From contig CAZEOK010000002.1 in NCBI GenBank assembly GCA_964513745.1, positions 7,858 through 71,857 of the forward strand: a stretch of DNA of 64,000 bases. The letters are read 5' to 3'. The DNA is from an uncultured bacterium. GTDB lineage: Bacteria > JAUVQV01 > DATDCY01. Shown one piece after another: positions 26,507 through 35,568 of this stretch (the stretch's first letter is position 1; each line of letters opens with the position of its first letter). The notes under the pieces are model-generated. The model was not told the origin of the DNA. It worked only from the letters and a program-made list of their open reading frames with translations, and did no database searches. Position numbers and translations under genes: made by a program.

Positions 26507-28126
26507 CTACTGGGTGAACCGGGTGAGGTTCAGCAGGTATTTCAGGTCCTCGTCGGAAAAGAGGATTCCTGCGCCGAGGAACGCCGAGCGCCGGCTCTCC
26601 TCGCCGAGGTCGTCGACGCCGGCGTTGAGGAAGATGTCCCTGTAGAGCCTGACCTTGCCGCTCAGCTTGAGATGAGGGCCATCCTCGCGGCCGAAGTCCC
26701 AGCCGTCGAAACTCAGCAGCATGCGTTCGCCGAAGAGCCGGTAGTCCAGCCCGGCGCCACCCTGTGACTCGATGAGGCCGCCGCGGAATGTCAGCGGGCC
26801 GAATTCCTTGGCGAACTCCAGGGTGTACTTGAGTTTGTCCACCTCGGTGACAACGGTGCTCTCGTCGAGCTGGTAGCCGCCCTCAGGGCGATCGATGGTG
26901 GTCGTTGTATTGGTGACGCTGCGCTTGCCGGCCGGGTCGTCCACGATCTCCATCAGGTAGTACTTGTCGTCGCGTGGCTGGAACTTCATGGTCACGTAGT
27001 TCTTCAGCTTGGAGGAATTCGCGAGGAACTCGCCGCGATAGCCGAGGAAGAACCGCATCCTGTCGGTCTCGCCAAGAAGGCGGTTTGCGGAATCGACTGC
27101 CGTCTCGATCTTGCCAATCAGGATGTCGTCGTTCACGAGACGCCCGACGCTGCCCTGCCCGCTGTTGATCTTCTCGGCGATGCCGCCGACCTGCTCGACC
27201 GCGTGGTCGACTTTCTCGAGCGATTCGTCGTCGTTGACCAGCCTCCCCAGCGTACCGGTGCCGCCGTCGACCTTCTTGAGTATCGAGGTCAGGGTTTCCG
27301 CGGCCTGCTCCGCCTTCGCCGACGCGGAGCGCAGCGACGCCATCAGGCCTCTGAGGTCGTCCCCGCCGTCACGCACAACGCCGCGCAGGTCCTCGGCCGT
27401 CCTGGTCAGTTCTGAGGAAAGCTCGTCGGCCCGCCGGTTCAGCGTCGCCGAGAACTCGCGCAGGTTGGCGATCGTGCCGTGCAGTTCGTCGCGATTGTCG
27501 GCGAGCAGCTCGCGGGTGTCGCGGGCGAGCCCCGCGCTCTGCGCAAGCAGATCGGCCACCCGGCGCCGGTTGTCATCCAGCAACGCGTTCACCCGGTCGA
27601 CCAGGCTGTTGGTGTTCTGCATCAGCTGCGAGACCGTGGAGTCCCTGCCGCCGAAGGTCTCCTTGATGCTCGACGCCAGCGAGGAGATCGTCTTGCCCGT
27701 GTCGGCGAGCTGCCCGACGAGCTGGTCCAGATCGGTGAGTTCGCGGCCGGTGACGACCTCGCCCGGAGCGAGGGCGCGCGCCGTGAGCGAACCGGAGGTG
27801 ATCTCGACATAGCGCTCGGAGAGGATGCCGATCGAGGCCACCGCGATCACCGAGTCCTCGCGAACGACGACGCCGTCGTCCAACCGCAGGTGCGCGTGCG
27901 CCCGCCCCTCCCTGAGGAAGATCCGGTCGACGGAGCCAACCAGCACGCCGGCCATGCGGACCTTGGCCTTCGGCTCAAGGCCCGAGACGGTCCGGAATAC
28001 GGCCTCGATGACATACCCCTTCTCGCGGAAGCGGAACTCCCCGATCTGGAAGGTCAGCCAGGTGAGCGCCAGCAGGGCCGAGAAGACGACGATGCCGACC
28101 TTGGCTTCCGTCGAGAACAACCGCAT
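26507..28126 (-). CDS. mlaD: MlaD/MCE-domain protein with long helical and beta-rich C-terminal extension
   Basis: N-terminal anchor plus MCE domain (EAKVGIVVF...VFRTVSGLEPKAKVRMAGVLVGSV). About 200 aa of heptad-like helical sequence, then a beta-rich C-terminal region. Follows mlaE-mlaF. Confidence 0.8.
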   Translation of the reverse strand: MRLFSTEAKVGIVVFSALLALTWLTFQIGEFRFREKGYVIEAVFRTVSGLEPKAKVRMAGVLVGSVDRIFLREGRAHAHLRLDDGVVVREDSVIAVASIGILSERYVEITSGSLTARALAPGEVVTGRELTDLDQLVGQLADTGKTISSLASSIKETFGGRDSTVSQLMQNTNSLVDRVNALLDDNRRRVADLLAQSAGLARDTRELLADNRDELHGTIANLREFSATLNRRADELSSELTRTAEDLRGVVRDGGDDLRGLMASLRSASAKAEQAAETLTSILKKVDGGTGTLGRLVNDDESLEKVDHAVEQVGGIAEKINSGQGSVGRLVNDDILIGKIETAVDSANRLLGETDRMRFFLGYRGEFLANSSKLKNYVTMKFQPRDDKYYLMEIVDDPAGKRSVTNTTTTIDRPEGGYQLDESTVVTEVDKLKYTLEFAKEFGPLTFRGGLIESQGGAGLDYRLFGERMLLSFDGWDFGREDGPHLKLSGKVRLYRDIFLNAGVDDLGEESRRSAFLGAGILFSDEDLKYLLNLTRFTQ

Positions 28127-28147
28127 CGCCCCTGCGACCCTCCCGCC

Positions 28148-28918
28148 CTAGTCCGTGATCGGACCGCGGGCGCTCCCGGTGATGAACTGGTGCACCACCG
28201 GGTCCGCGCTGTCGCGGATCTCCTGGGGCGTGCCCACGGCAATTATTTTTCCTTTATACAACATGGCTATTCTATCGGCAATCTTGTAGGCGCTCGTCAT
28301 GTCGTGGGTTATCGCGACCCCCGTCACCCGGAGCCGGTTGCGCAGCTCGACGATCAGGTCGTTGATCGCATCGGCCCTGATCGGGTCCAGGCCGGTTGTC
28401 GGCTCGTCGTAGAGGAGTATCTTCGGTTCCATGGCGAGGGCGCGCGCGAGGGAAACCCGCTTCTTCATGCCGCCGGAGAGCTCCGACGGCCAGAGCTTCT
28501 CGACGTCGTGCAGGCCGACCAGCGCGAGCTTCTCGCGCACCTTCTCGCGGATGACCGCCTCCTTCAGGTGAGCGTGCTCGCGCAATCCGAAAGCCACGTT
28601 GTCGGCCACGCGCAGCGAGTCGAAAAGCGCCGATCCCTGGAAGAGCATCCCGAACTCCTTGCGGAACTCCTTGAGCTCCCAGCCCTTGAGCCGGGAAACG
28701 GGGACGCCATCGACGACCACATCCCCTGCGTCCGGGCGCAACAAGCCGATGATGTGCTTGAGCAGCACGCTTTTACCGGTCCCCGACCCGCCGATGACGA
28801 CCATGGTCTCGCCGCGCTCGACGTCCAGGTCAAGTCCGTCGAGCACCTGGTGCGTCCCGAAGCTCTTGCAGAGCCCGCGGACGCGGATCATCGGTTCGTT
28901 CCCGGGCGCGGCCGACAT
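28148..28918 (-). CDS. mlaF: ABC transporter ATP-binding protein MlaF
   Basis: Start at MSAAPGNEP (256 aa). GGSGTGKS, LSGGMKKR, LLYDEPTTGLD. 1-nt overlap with the mlaE stop (TGATG). The rest of ORF 28148..30055 is an upstream-extension artefact. Confidence 0.88.
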   Translation of the reverse strand: MSAAPGNEPMIRVRGLCKSFGTHQVLDGLDLDVERGETMVVIGGSGTGKSVLLKHIIGLLRPDAGDVVVDGVPVSRLKGWELKEFRKEFGMLFQGSALFDSLRVADNVAFGLREHAHLKEAVIREKVREKLALVGLHDVEKLWPSELSGGMKKRVSLARALAMEPKILLYDEPTTGLDPIRADAINDLIVELRNRLRVTGVAITHDMTSAYKIADRIAMLYKGKIIAVGTPQEIRDSADPVVHQFITGSARGPITD

Positions 28919-29697
28919 CAGAAGAAGAATGCCGTGATGAAGTAGTTGGCGGTGAGGATCAGCATCGAGGAGAGCACGACGGAGTGCGTCGTCGCACGCC
29001 CCACACCCTCGGCGCCGCCCTCGGTGACAAAACCCTTGTAACAGCCGACGATGCTGATGATCATACCGAAGACCGCCGCCTTGACGATCCCGGTGTAGAT
29101 GTCCTCGAGGGCCAAAAACTCCATGCTCCTGCGGAAGTAGATCGTGGCGTTGGCGTGCAGCACGAAGACGCTGACGGCGTACCCGCCCGCCATGCCAACC
29201 ACATCGGCCAGCGCGGTAAGCACCGGGAGCATGACGAGCCCGGCGAGAAAGCGCGGCACGACGAGGTAGTTCACCGGGTCGGTGGCGAGCGTTTCGAGGG
29301 CGTCGATCTGTTCGGTGACCTTCATCGTCCCGAGTTCGGCCGCCATGCCGGAGCCGACGCGGCCGGAGACGATCAGCCCGGTGAGCACCGGCCCGAGCTC
29401 CCGGCAGATCGACAGCGCGACGATCGTCCCCACGAGATCCTCGGCGTTGAAGCGCCTGAAGCCGGTCATCGTCTGCAGTGCCAGCACCGCGCCGGTGAAG
29501 ATCGCCGTGATCGTCACGATCGGCAGCGAGCTCACGCCCACGCTCGCCATCTGTTCGAAAAGGCTGCGAACGCGAAATGGCGGGCGGACTACCCACCCGA
29601 CCGTGTGGATCAGCAGCAGACACAGGTTCCCCGCCTCCTCGAGAAAGCGGGTGGTGCCGGCGCCGAGTCTCTCGAAAAATCTGATGAACGCGTTCAT
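28918..29697 (-). CDS. mlaE: ABC transporter permease MlaE
   Basis: 259 aa. MlaE-like LFEQMASVGVSSLPIVTITAIFTGAVLALQ and multi-TM profile. Confidence 0.88.
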   Translation of the reverse strand: MNAFIRFFERLGAGTTRFLEEAGNLCLLLIHTVGWVVRPPFRVRSLFEQMASVGVSSLPIVTITAIFTGAVLALQTMTGFRRFNAEDLVGTIVALSICRELGPVLTGLIVSGRVGSGMAAELGTMKVTEQIDALETLATDPVNYLVVPRFLAGLVMLPVLTALADVVGMAGGYAVSVFVLHANATIYFRRSMEFLALEDIYTGIVKAAVFGMIISIVGCYKGFVTEGGAEGVGRATTHSVVLSSMLILTANYFITAFFF

Positions 29698-30905
29698 CGC
29701 TCACCCTGCTCATGGTTCTGGGGGCGGGACGCGTGTCCCGCTGCGCCATCATACCCCACCGCCGCCCCCGAATACACCCGCGGCACCCGCGGTCCGATAC
29801 CGCAGAAGATCTCGTAGGAGATTGTCCCGGCGTGCGCCGCGAGTTCGTCCACCGTAATGCGTTCCCCGCCCTGCTCGCCGAGCAGGACGACCTCGTCGCC
29901 GACGGCGACCCCCGGGATGCCGGTGACATCGGCCAAGCACAGGTCCATGCAGACGGTGCCGACCACCGGCGCGCGCGCCCCCCGCACCAGGACGCTGGCG
30001 CGATTCGAGAAAGCGCGGCGGTAGCCGTCCGCATAGCCGACCGGGAGCGTCGCAATCAGGCTTTCCCGCCGGGTCACGAATGTCCCGCCGTAGCTCAGCG
30101 GGGTTCCGGCCGGGACACGCTTGAGGAACGCGACGGCGGTCGAGAGGACCATCACCGGGCGCAACTCACCGGCGTGGGGAAGCCTGGACGCCGGCGCCGC
30201 GCCGTAGAGCATGATCCCGGGACGGACGAGGTTCCCAGCCGGATTGCCGGGCATCAGCAGTGCGCTGTTGGCGATGTGCTTCCAGCGCACGGGTCCGGCA
30301 ACCGCCTCCACGGCGTCGCAGACGGCCCGAAACGCCGCGATCTGCCGGGCGGTCACCGGGCTCGCGTGCTGCTCGGCCTCGCTGGGGTGGGACATGATCC
30401 CTTCGAGGACCAGGTGGGGGAAGTCCCGCAACCGGGCGACGAAAGGCAGCACATCGGCTGGCGCGATGCCGATGCGCCCCATCCCGGTGTCGACCTTGAG
30501 GTGGACGACAACGCGCCGGCCCGAGCGCTGCGCCTCGCGCTCGAGCGCCTCGGCGAACGCAAGCGTGTACAAGGTCAGCGAACAGCCCAGCCGAGTCATC
30601 TCTGCGGCGCGGTCGGGCGACACCTCGCTGAGCAGCAGCACGGGGGCGTCGATGCCGGCCGCCCGCAGCGAGCGGACCTCCCCGGGCGTGGCTGCACCGA
30701 GTTTGGCGGCACCGGCGGCGAGGGCCGCCCGCGCCGACCAGATGGCGCCATGCCCGTAGGCGTCGGCTTTCACCACGGCGAGGACCCGCCGCTCGGGTCC
30801 CGCCAGGCGCACGGCCAGGCGCACGTTGTGCCCGAGAGCATCGAGGTCGATCCTGGCACGCGTCGGGCGACCCGCGGACAAGGGTGCGGAATATTCCGGA
30901 CTCAC
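29694..30905 (-). CDS. alr: alanine racemase
   Basis: RARIDLDALGHNVR... and the PLP-lysine motif VVKADAYGHG. GTG at 30905 overlaps the dnaB stop (GTGA); the alternative ATG at 30944 would overlap dnaB by 43 nt. dnaB-alr adjacency as in E. coli. Confidence 0.9.
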   Translation of the reverse strand: MSPEYSAPLSAGRPTRARIDLDALGHNVRLAVRLAGPERRVLAVVKADAYGHGAIWSARAALAAGAAKLGAATPGEVRSLRAAGIDAPVLLLSEVSPDRAAEMTRLGCSLTLYTLAFAEALEREAQRSGRRVVVHLKVDTGMGRIGIAPADVLPFVARLRDFPHLVLEGIMSHPSEAEQHASPVTARQIAAFRAVCDAVEAVAGPVRWKHIANSALLMPGNPAGNLVRPGIMLYGAAPASRLPHAGELRPVMVLSTAVAFLKRVPAGTPLSYGGTFVTRRESLIATLPVGYADGYRRAFSNRASVLVRGARAPVVGTVCMDLCLADVTGIPGVAVGDEVVLLGEQGGERITVDELAAHAGTISYEIFCGIGPRVPRVYSGAAVGYDGAAGHASRPQNHEQGER

Positions 30906-32263
30906 TCCTGGTAGCCCGGCGCCAGGTTCCCGAAGCGGGTGCATTCCTTGCGGAAAGCCAGCTTCACGGTGCCCGTGGGCCCGTTGCGCTGTTTGCGGAC
31001 GATGACCTCCGCGACGCCCTGCTGCTGGTCGGCGTCGTCCCGGTACATGTCTTCCCTGAAGATGAAGGCCACGACGTCGGCGTCCTGCTCGATGGCACCG
31101 GATTCGCGCAGATCCGAAAGCTGCGGCCGCTTGTCCCCGCCGCGCGACTCGACCGCGCGCGAGAGCTGCGACAGCGCGATCACGGGCACCTTGAGCTCCT
31201 TGGCGAGGCTCTTGAGCGAGCGCGAGATCTCCGAGATCTCCTGCTGCCGGCTCTCCGAGCGATCGCGCCCGCGGATCAGCTGCAGGTAATCGACGATCAC
31301 GAGCGCAAGCCCGCTCTCGGCCTTGAGCCGCCGTGACTTGGCGCGGATCTCCAAGACCGTGCAGGCCGCCGAGTCGTCGATGAAGATCGGCGCCTCGGCG
31401 AGCTTGCCCGCGGCGCGCGAGAGCAGCGGCCAGTCCTCGCGGCTGAGAAAACCGCGGCGCAGACGGTTGCCGTCGACCCCGGAGACGGAGCTGAGCATGC
31501 GCATCGCGAGCTGCTCGCGGCTCATCTCGAGCGAGAAAACCGCCACGGGCAGCCGTTCCTCCAGGCCGATGTGCTCGGCGATGTTGAGGACGAACGCGGT
31601 CTTGCCCATGCTCGGCCGGCCGGCGATGATCACCAGGTCCGAGGGCTGGAAGCCGCACGTCATCTGGTCGAGATCAGTGAAACCCGAAGCGACGCCGGTT
31701 ACGTGGTGCTTCTTTTCGAAGAGTTTCTCGATGACCTTGAAGCTGTCCTTCATGACCGCGCGAAGCGGCACGAAGCCGTTGCGCACGCTGCGCTCGGAGA
31801 GCAGGAAGATGCGCCGCTCTGCCTCGTCGAGAACCTGCTCGACGTCGCGGGACCCCTCGTAGCTCATCGCGGCGATCTCGGTGGAAGCCGAGATCAGACC
31901 GCGCATCATCGCCTTCTCGCGGACGATGCGCGCGTGGTAGGCGATGTTGGCCGCCGTCGGCACCAGGTCCACGAGCGAGGACAGGTAGGCGGCGCCGCCG
32001 GCCTCCTCTAGCTGGTTTTTCTGCTCGAGGCGCTCGCGCAGCGTGATCAGGTCGATCGACTCGTCGCGCTCGAACAGGTCGAGCATCGCGGCGAAGAGAC
32101 GGCGGTGCTGCCCGCGGTAGAAATCCTCCGGCTGCAGCAACTCGATGACCCGGGGCAGGACCGCGTTGTCCAGCAAAACGGCGCCGAGGACGGACTGCTC
32201 CGCTTCGAGGTTTTGCGGCGGGAGCCGATCGTACCCGGCGTCAGCGGCGGCCGTGGGCGCCAT
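30902..32263 (-). CDS. dnaB: replicative DNA helicase DnaB
   Basis: PPQNLEAEQSVLGAVLLDN N-terminus, Walker A GRPSMGKTAF. 453 aa, follows rplI. Confidence 0.95.
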   Translation of the reverse strand: MAPTAAADAGYDRLPPQNLEAEQSVLGAVLLDNAVLPRVIELLQPEDFYRGQHRRLFAAMLDLFERDESIDLITLRERLEQKNQLEEAGGAAYLSSLVDLVPTAANIAYHARIVREKAMMRGLISASTEIAAMSYEGSRDVEQVLDEAERRIFLLSERSVRNGFVPLRAVMKDSFKVIEKLFEKKHHVTGVASGFTDLDQMTCGFQPSDLVIIAGRPSMGKTAFVLNIAEHIGLEERLPVAVFSLEMSREQLAMRMLSSVSGVDGNRLRRGFLSREDWPLLSRAAGKLAEAPIFIDDSAACTVLEIRAKSRRLKAESGLALVIVDYLQLIRGRDRSESRQQEISEISRSLKSLAKELKVPVIALSQLSRAVESRGGDKRPQLSDLRESGAIEQDADVVAFIFREDMYRDDADQQQGVAEVIVRKQRNGPTGTVKLAFRKECTRFGNLAPGYQE

Positions 32264-32284
32264 GGGCGGGACCTCCGGGAGACC

Positions 32285-32728
32285 TTACTCCCGGACGACC
32301 CAGACCTTCAGGGCCGCGGTGACCTCGGGAGCCAGTTTCACGGGCACCGTGTAGATACCGAGGGTCTTGATGGGCTCCTCGACGGTGATCTGACGCTTGT
32401 CGATCGCGATCCCCTCTTTCTCGAGGGCCGCGGCGATGTCCATGGTGGTCACGGTTCCGAAGAGCCTGTCGCTCTCGCCCGCCGGCTGGCGGATCGTAAG
32501 AGACAGCGCCCCGAGCCTGGCCGCCAGGGTCTCGGCCTCCTGGCGGACCTTGGCCTGGACCTTGACGTAGCGCTTCTTCTCGACCGCGATGCGGGCGAGG
32601 TTCTTCTCGCTGGCCTCGAACGCCAGCTCGCGGGGCATCAGGAAGTTGCGGGCGTACCCCGGGGCGACCGTCACCACATCCCCGACCTTGCCGAGCCTCT
32701 CGATGTCTGCCTTGAGGATGACTTTCAT
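32285..32728 (-). CDS. rplI: 50S ribosomal protein L9
   Basis: MKVILKADIERLGKVGDVVTVAPGYARNFLMPRELA is consensus L9. Confidence 0.95.
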   Translation of the reverse strand: MKVILKADIERLGKVGDVVTVAPGYARNFLMPRELAFEASEKNLARIAVEKKRYVKVQAKVRQEAETLAARLGALSLTIRQPAGESDRLFGTVTTMDIAAALEKEGIAIDKRQITVEEPIKTLGIYTVPVKLAPEVTAALKVWVVRE

Positions 32729-32769
32729 GGCGTCTGTCGCACTCCTTTTCTCAATCGCAGGATCTCACC

Positions 32770-32789
32770 CGCTCCGGTTCCCCGGAGCG
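32770..32789 (-). promoter_or_regulatory. stable hairpin in the rplI 5' leader
   Basis: Perfect 8-bp stem CGCTCCGG / CCGGAGCG with a 4-nt loop, between the candidate promoter and the rplI start. Function unknown. Confidence 0.3.
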
Positions 32790-32819
32790 CCCCGCCTCGT
32801 CTTGCGGGCCGAAACGTGA

Positions 32820-32849
32820 ATGATAGGGATGCCGGGTGGCACTTGTCAA
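32820..32849 (-). promoter_or_regulatory. sigma-70-type promoter candidate for rplI-dnaB
   Basis: On the minus strand, TTGACA (32849-32844), 18-nt spacer, TATCAT (32825-32820). The -35 overlaps the PSP1 gene stop. Confidence 0.4.
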
Positions 32850-33859
32850 GAAGGTGACCGTCCGCCGGGGCCCGGCCGCCCGGAACGGTCCCGGGAACCG
32901 CCGCGTCCCTGCCGACGGCCGCCTTGTCCACGGCGGACACCCTGGTCGCGTCGCTCCTGCCGCCCATCGGCGCCGGCGCGCTCGGGGGTCGCGGCCGGGA
33001 TCTGCGGCCCGGCCTTCGACTCCGTGGTTCCGGCCGCGGCGGCGGGCGCCTCCTCGGGTCGAGGCCCGCGGCTCCAGTCCTTCTTCGGCACCTTCACGAA
33101 CTCTCCCCCCTCGATCTCCACCGTGAAGGCGTCCTCGAAGATATTGTGCTTGCGCACCCGGCCGACCCCCTCGCGCACGCGCACCTTTTCACCGATCCTG
33201 GGCAAACCCTGCTTGAACTCCTCGTAGACCCGCGCCTCGTAGCCGAGGCAGCACATCAGCCTGCCGCAAACCCCGGAAACCTTTCCGGGCGAGAGCGGCA
33301 GGTCCTGGTCCTTGGCCATGCGGATCGAGATCGGTTCGAAGTCTGAGAGGAAACTCGCGCAGCACAGCTCCCGGCCGCAGATCCCGTAGCCGCCGATCAT
33401 GCGGGCCTCGTCGCGCACGCCGATCTGGCGCATCTCGATGCGCATCCGGCACTCGTGGGCCAGCTCCTTGACGAGCTGACGGAAGTCGACCCGCCCGTCG
33501 GCGGTGAAGTAGAAGACCGCCTTGCCGCCCTCGAAGAGGTACTCGACCTCGACCAGCTTCATCGGCAGCTGGAGACGGGCGATGGCGCCGCAACAGTACC
33601 GGTAGGCTTCGCGTTCGAGCTCCTGGTGGCGCAGCACCCTGGCCTCGTCCTCGGCGCTGGCGCGGCGCAGGATTTTGCGGAAGGTGACCTTGACGTATTC
33701 CTCGTCGAGCCGCTGCGGGTTGGAGACCACGGTCCCGAGCGTCAGTCCGTCGGGCGTCGGGACGATAACCCGGTCGCCGATCGTGAGCTCCTGCAGGGCC
33801 GTGTCGTAGTCCTGGATCTTGCCCCCTTCGCGGAGGCGAACCTTCACGACTTCGATCAT
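32846..33859 (-). CDS. PSP1-domain protein (RicT/YaaT-like) with Arg/Gly-rich C-terminal tail
   Basis: ATG at 33859 (MIEVVKVRL...). PSP1 core with the Cys motifs CGRELCCASF and GVCGRLMCCL. Follows holB as in Bacillus. The upstream part of ORF 32846..34465 is an artefact. Confidence 0.85.
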   Translation of the reverse strand: MIEVVKVRLREGGKIQDYDTALQELTIGDRVIVPTPDGLTLGTVVSNPQRLDEEYVKVTFRKILRRASAEDEARVLRHQELEREAYRYCCGAIARLQLPMKLVEVEYLFEGGKAVFYFTADGRVDFRQLVKELAHECRMRIEMRQIGVRDEARMIGGYGICGRELCCASFLSDFEPISIRMAKDQDLPLSPGKVSGVCGRLMCCLGYEARVYEEFKQGLPRIGEKVRVREGVGRVRKHNIFEDAFTVEIEGGEFVKVPKKDWSRGPRPEEAPAAAAGTTESKAGPQIPAATPERAGADGRQERRDQGVRRGQGGRRQGRGGSRDRSGRPGPGGRSPS

Positions 33860-33914
33860 GCGTGTTTCCCCCGTGCGGCGGGACACCGGACGCGTGCAGC
33901 CGCGGTGATCAGGA

Positions 33915-34898
33915 TCATTGCCTCGTCCCTGCGACCTCGACCGCTCCCACGAGCAGCGTGGCGAGCGCAAGTTTCGCGTTGGGAGGGCGGTCGCCCTCGA
34001 GTCGCCGATGGGTTTCCAGCGCGCCGGCAAGCAGCCGGCCGATCTGCTCGGTCTCCAGCCGTTCGAGCAGAGCCGGCACCACCACGGAGCCAGCCCCGCG
34101 GTCGCCGAGTCGGTGTCGCACCGCAAGCCGTGAGAAACCGATGAGGGCCTGCAGCGACGACAGCGCCTTCTCGCGCGCCTCCCCGGTGGTTTCGGCGAAC
34201 GACAGCGCTGCGCCTCGGTCGCCGGCCGCGAGCGCGTCGAGAACGGTGCGTACGGCGGCGGCCGTCTCCTGCCAGAGCATCCCGTCGCGCTGCAAGGCGG
34301 TACCGGGGCTGCCTTCGGCCAGCGCCGCGGCCTGCCGCGCCGACTGCACCGGCCAGCCATTGCGGCGCAGCACCTCCGCAACCTCGTCCTCGGAGAGAGC
34401 GCCGAACGACACCTGCTGGCACCGTGAACGCACGGTCGGCGGCAGTGCCCCGGCGCGCGTCGCAATCAGCACGATGACCCGCCCGGGTGGCGGCTCCTCT
34501 AACGTCTTGAGCAGTGCGTTCGCTCCCTCGGTCGTCAGTGCAGCCGCCGGGTCGAGAATCGCCGCCTTGTGCCTGCCGTGGCCCGGCGACTGGACGAGCC
34601 ACTCTCCGAGGTCACGCACCTGCTCGACGCCGATGGATTTCCTCTTCTCGACGAGGGTCACTTCAATCAGGTCCGGGTGTGCGCCCCCTCCAACCCGCCG
34701 GCACGATTCACACACGCCGCAGGGCCCTTCCGACGCCTCCGGGCAGAGCCAGGCACGGACGAACTCCCGCGCGGCAAGATGCTTGCCAACGCCCTCGGGC
34801 CCGAGGAAGAGATATCCGGTGTGGACCGTCGCGCGCGCCAGCGCGCGGGAGAGCTGCTGCTTTGCCCGATGGTGCCCGACGAGGCTCGCGAAGAACAT
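33915..34898 (-). CDS. holB: DNA polymerase III subunit delta'
   Basis: Start at MFFASLVGHHRAK. GYLFLGPEGVGKHLAAREF and the zinc-module-like CGVCESCRRV. Follows tmk. Confidence 0.85.
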   Translation of the reverse strand: MFFASLVGHHRAKQQLSRALARATVHTGYLFLGPEGVGKHLAAREFVRAWLCPEASEGPCGVCESCRRVGGGAHPDLIEVTLVEKRKSIGVEQVRDLGEWLVQSPGHGRHKAAILDPAAALTTEGANALLKTLEEPPPGRVIVLIATRAGALPPTVRSRCQQVSFGALSEDEVAEVLRRNGWPVQSARQAAALAEGSPGTALQRDGMLWQETAAAVRTVLDALAAGDRGAALSFAETTGEAREKALSSLQALIGFSRLAVRHRLGDRGAGSVVVPALLERLETEQIGRLLAGALETHRRLEGDRPPNAKLALATLLVGAVEVAGTRQ

Positions 34899-34902
34899 CG
34901 CC

Positions 34903-35568
34903 TCAATGCCCCGCCTGTTGCAGGGTCCCCGTACGGCTGGCGATCTCGGCCAGAACCAGCCGGTGCAATACCTCGGCAGGGAGGCTGGCAGGGAGCAGTC
35001 GGATTCGACCCGGGTCAGCGGCTGCGAGCGATCGATAACCGTCGCGCACCCGCCGGTGGAAAGCCGGATCCTCGCACTCGAAGCGGTCTTCCACTCCTGC
35101 GGTGCCATCGCCTTGCTGGCGCCGGCGCGCCCGGGCGACGCCCTCGGAAACGTCCTCGAAATCGAGCAGCAGCGTCAGATCGGGCACAAGCCCGGCGGCA
35201 GCGCGATCACTGGCGTCCCTGACGAAGGCGGCATCGAGGCCGCGGCCGTAGCCCTGGTATGCCACCGTGGCGTCCGCGAATCGGTCGCAGATCACCCAAT
35301 CCCCGCGCTCGAGCGCGGGGAGGACGACCTCACGCACGTGTTGCGCCCGGTCGGCAAGGTAGAGAAACAGCTCGGCCCAGGGGACGATGGTCGCGGCGGC
35401 TGGGTCGAGCAGCATGCTGCGCAAGGAGCGTCCGAAAGCCGTGCCGCCGGGTTCGCGACTGAGCAGCACACGCTGGCCGGATGCCCGCAGATGATCGGCA
35501 AGCAGCCGCAGCTGCGTGCTTTTACCGGTGCCCTCGGTGCCCTCGAAGGTGACGAATAAGCCCCTCAC
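34903..35568 (-). CDS. tmk: thymidylate kinase
   Basis: P-loop FVTFEGTEGTGKSTQ and SREPGGT motif. GTG at 35568 overlaps the upstream stop (GTGA); the ATG at 35592 is an alternative. Confidence 0.9.
   Translation of the reverse strand: MRGLFVTFEGTEGTGKSTQLRLLADHLRASGQRVLLSREPGGTAFGRSLRSMLLDPAAATIVPWAELFLYLADRAQHVREVVLPALERGDWVICDRFADATVAYQGYGRGLDAAFVRDASDRAAAGLVPDLTLLLDFEDVSEGVARARRRQQGDGTAGVEDRFECEDPAFHRRVRDGYRSLAAADPGRIRLLPASLPAEVLHRLVLAEIASRTGTLQQAGH

Noticed and set aside
32837-32852. TGGCAC hexamer resembling a sigma-54 -24 element
   Set aside because: It is on the plus strand while both flanking genes are on the minus strand, and the -12 position reads AAGA rather than TTGC.
28148-34465. 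Very long versions of the mlaF (28148-30055), alr (29694-31658) and PSP1 (32846-34465) ORFs
   Set aside because: The upstream portions run out of frame through the neighbouring genes (mlaE, dnaB, holB) and are Arg/Pro-rich. Internal starts with 4-nt coupling or a Shine-Dalgarno give proteins with canonical N-termini, so the ORFs were trimmed.
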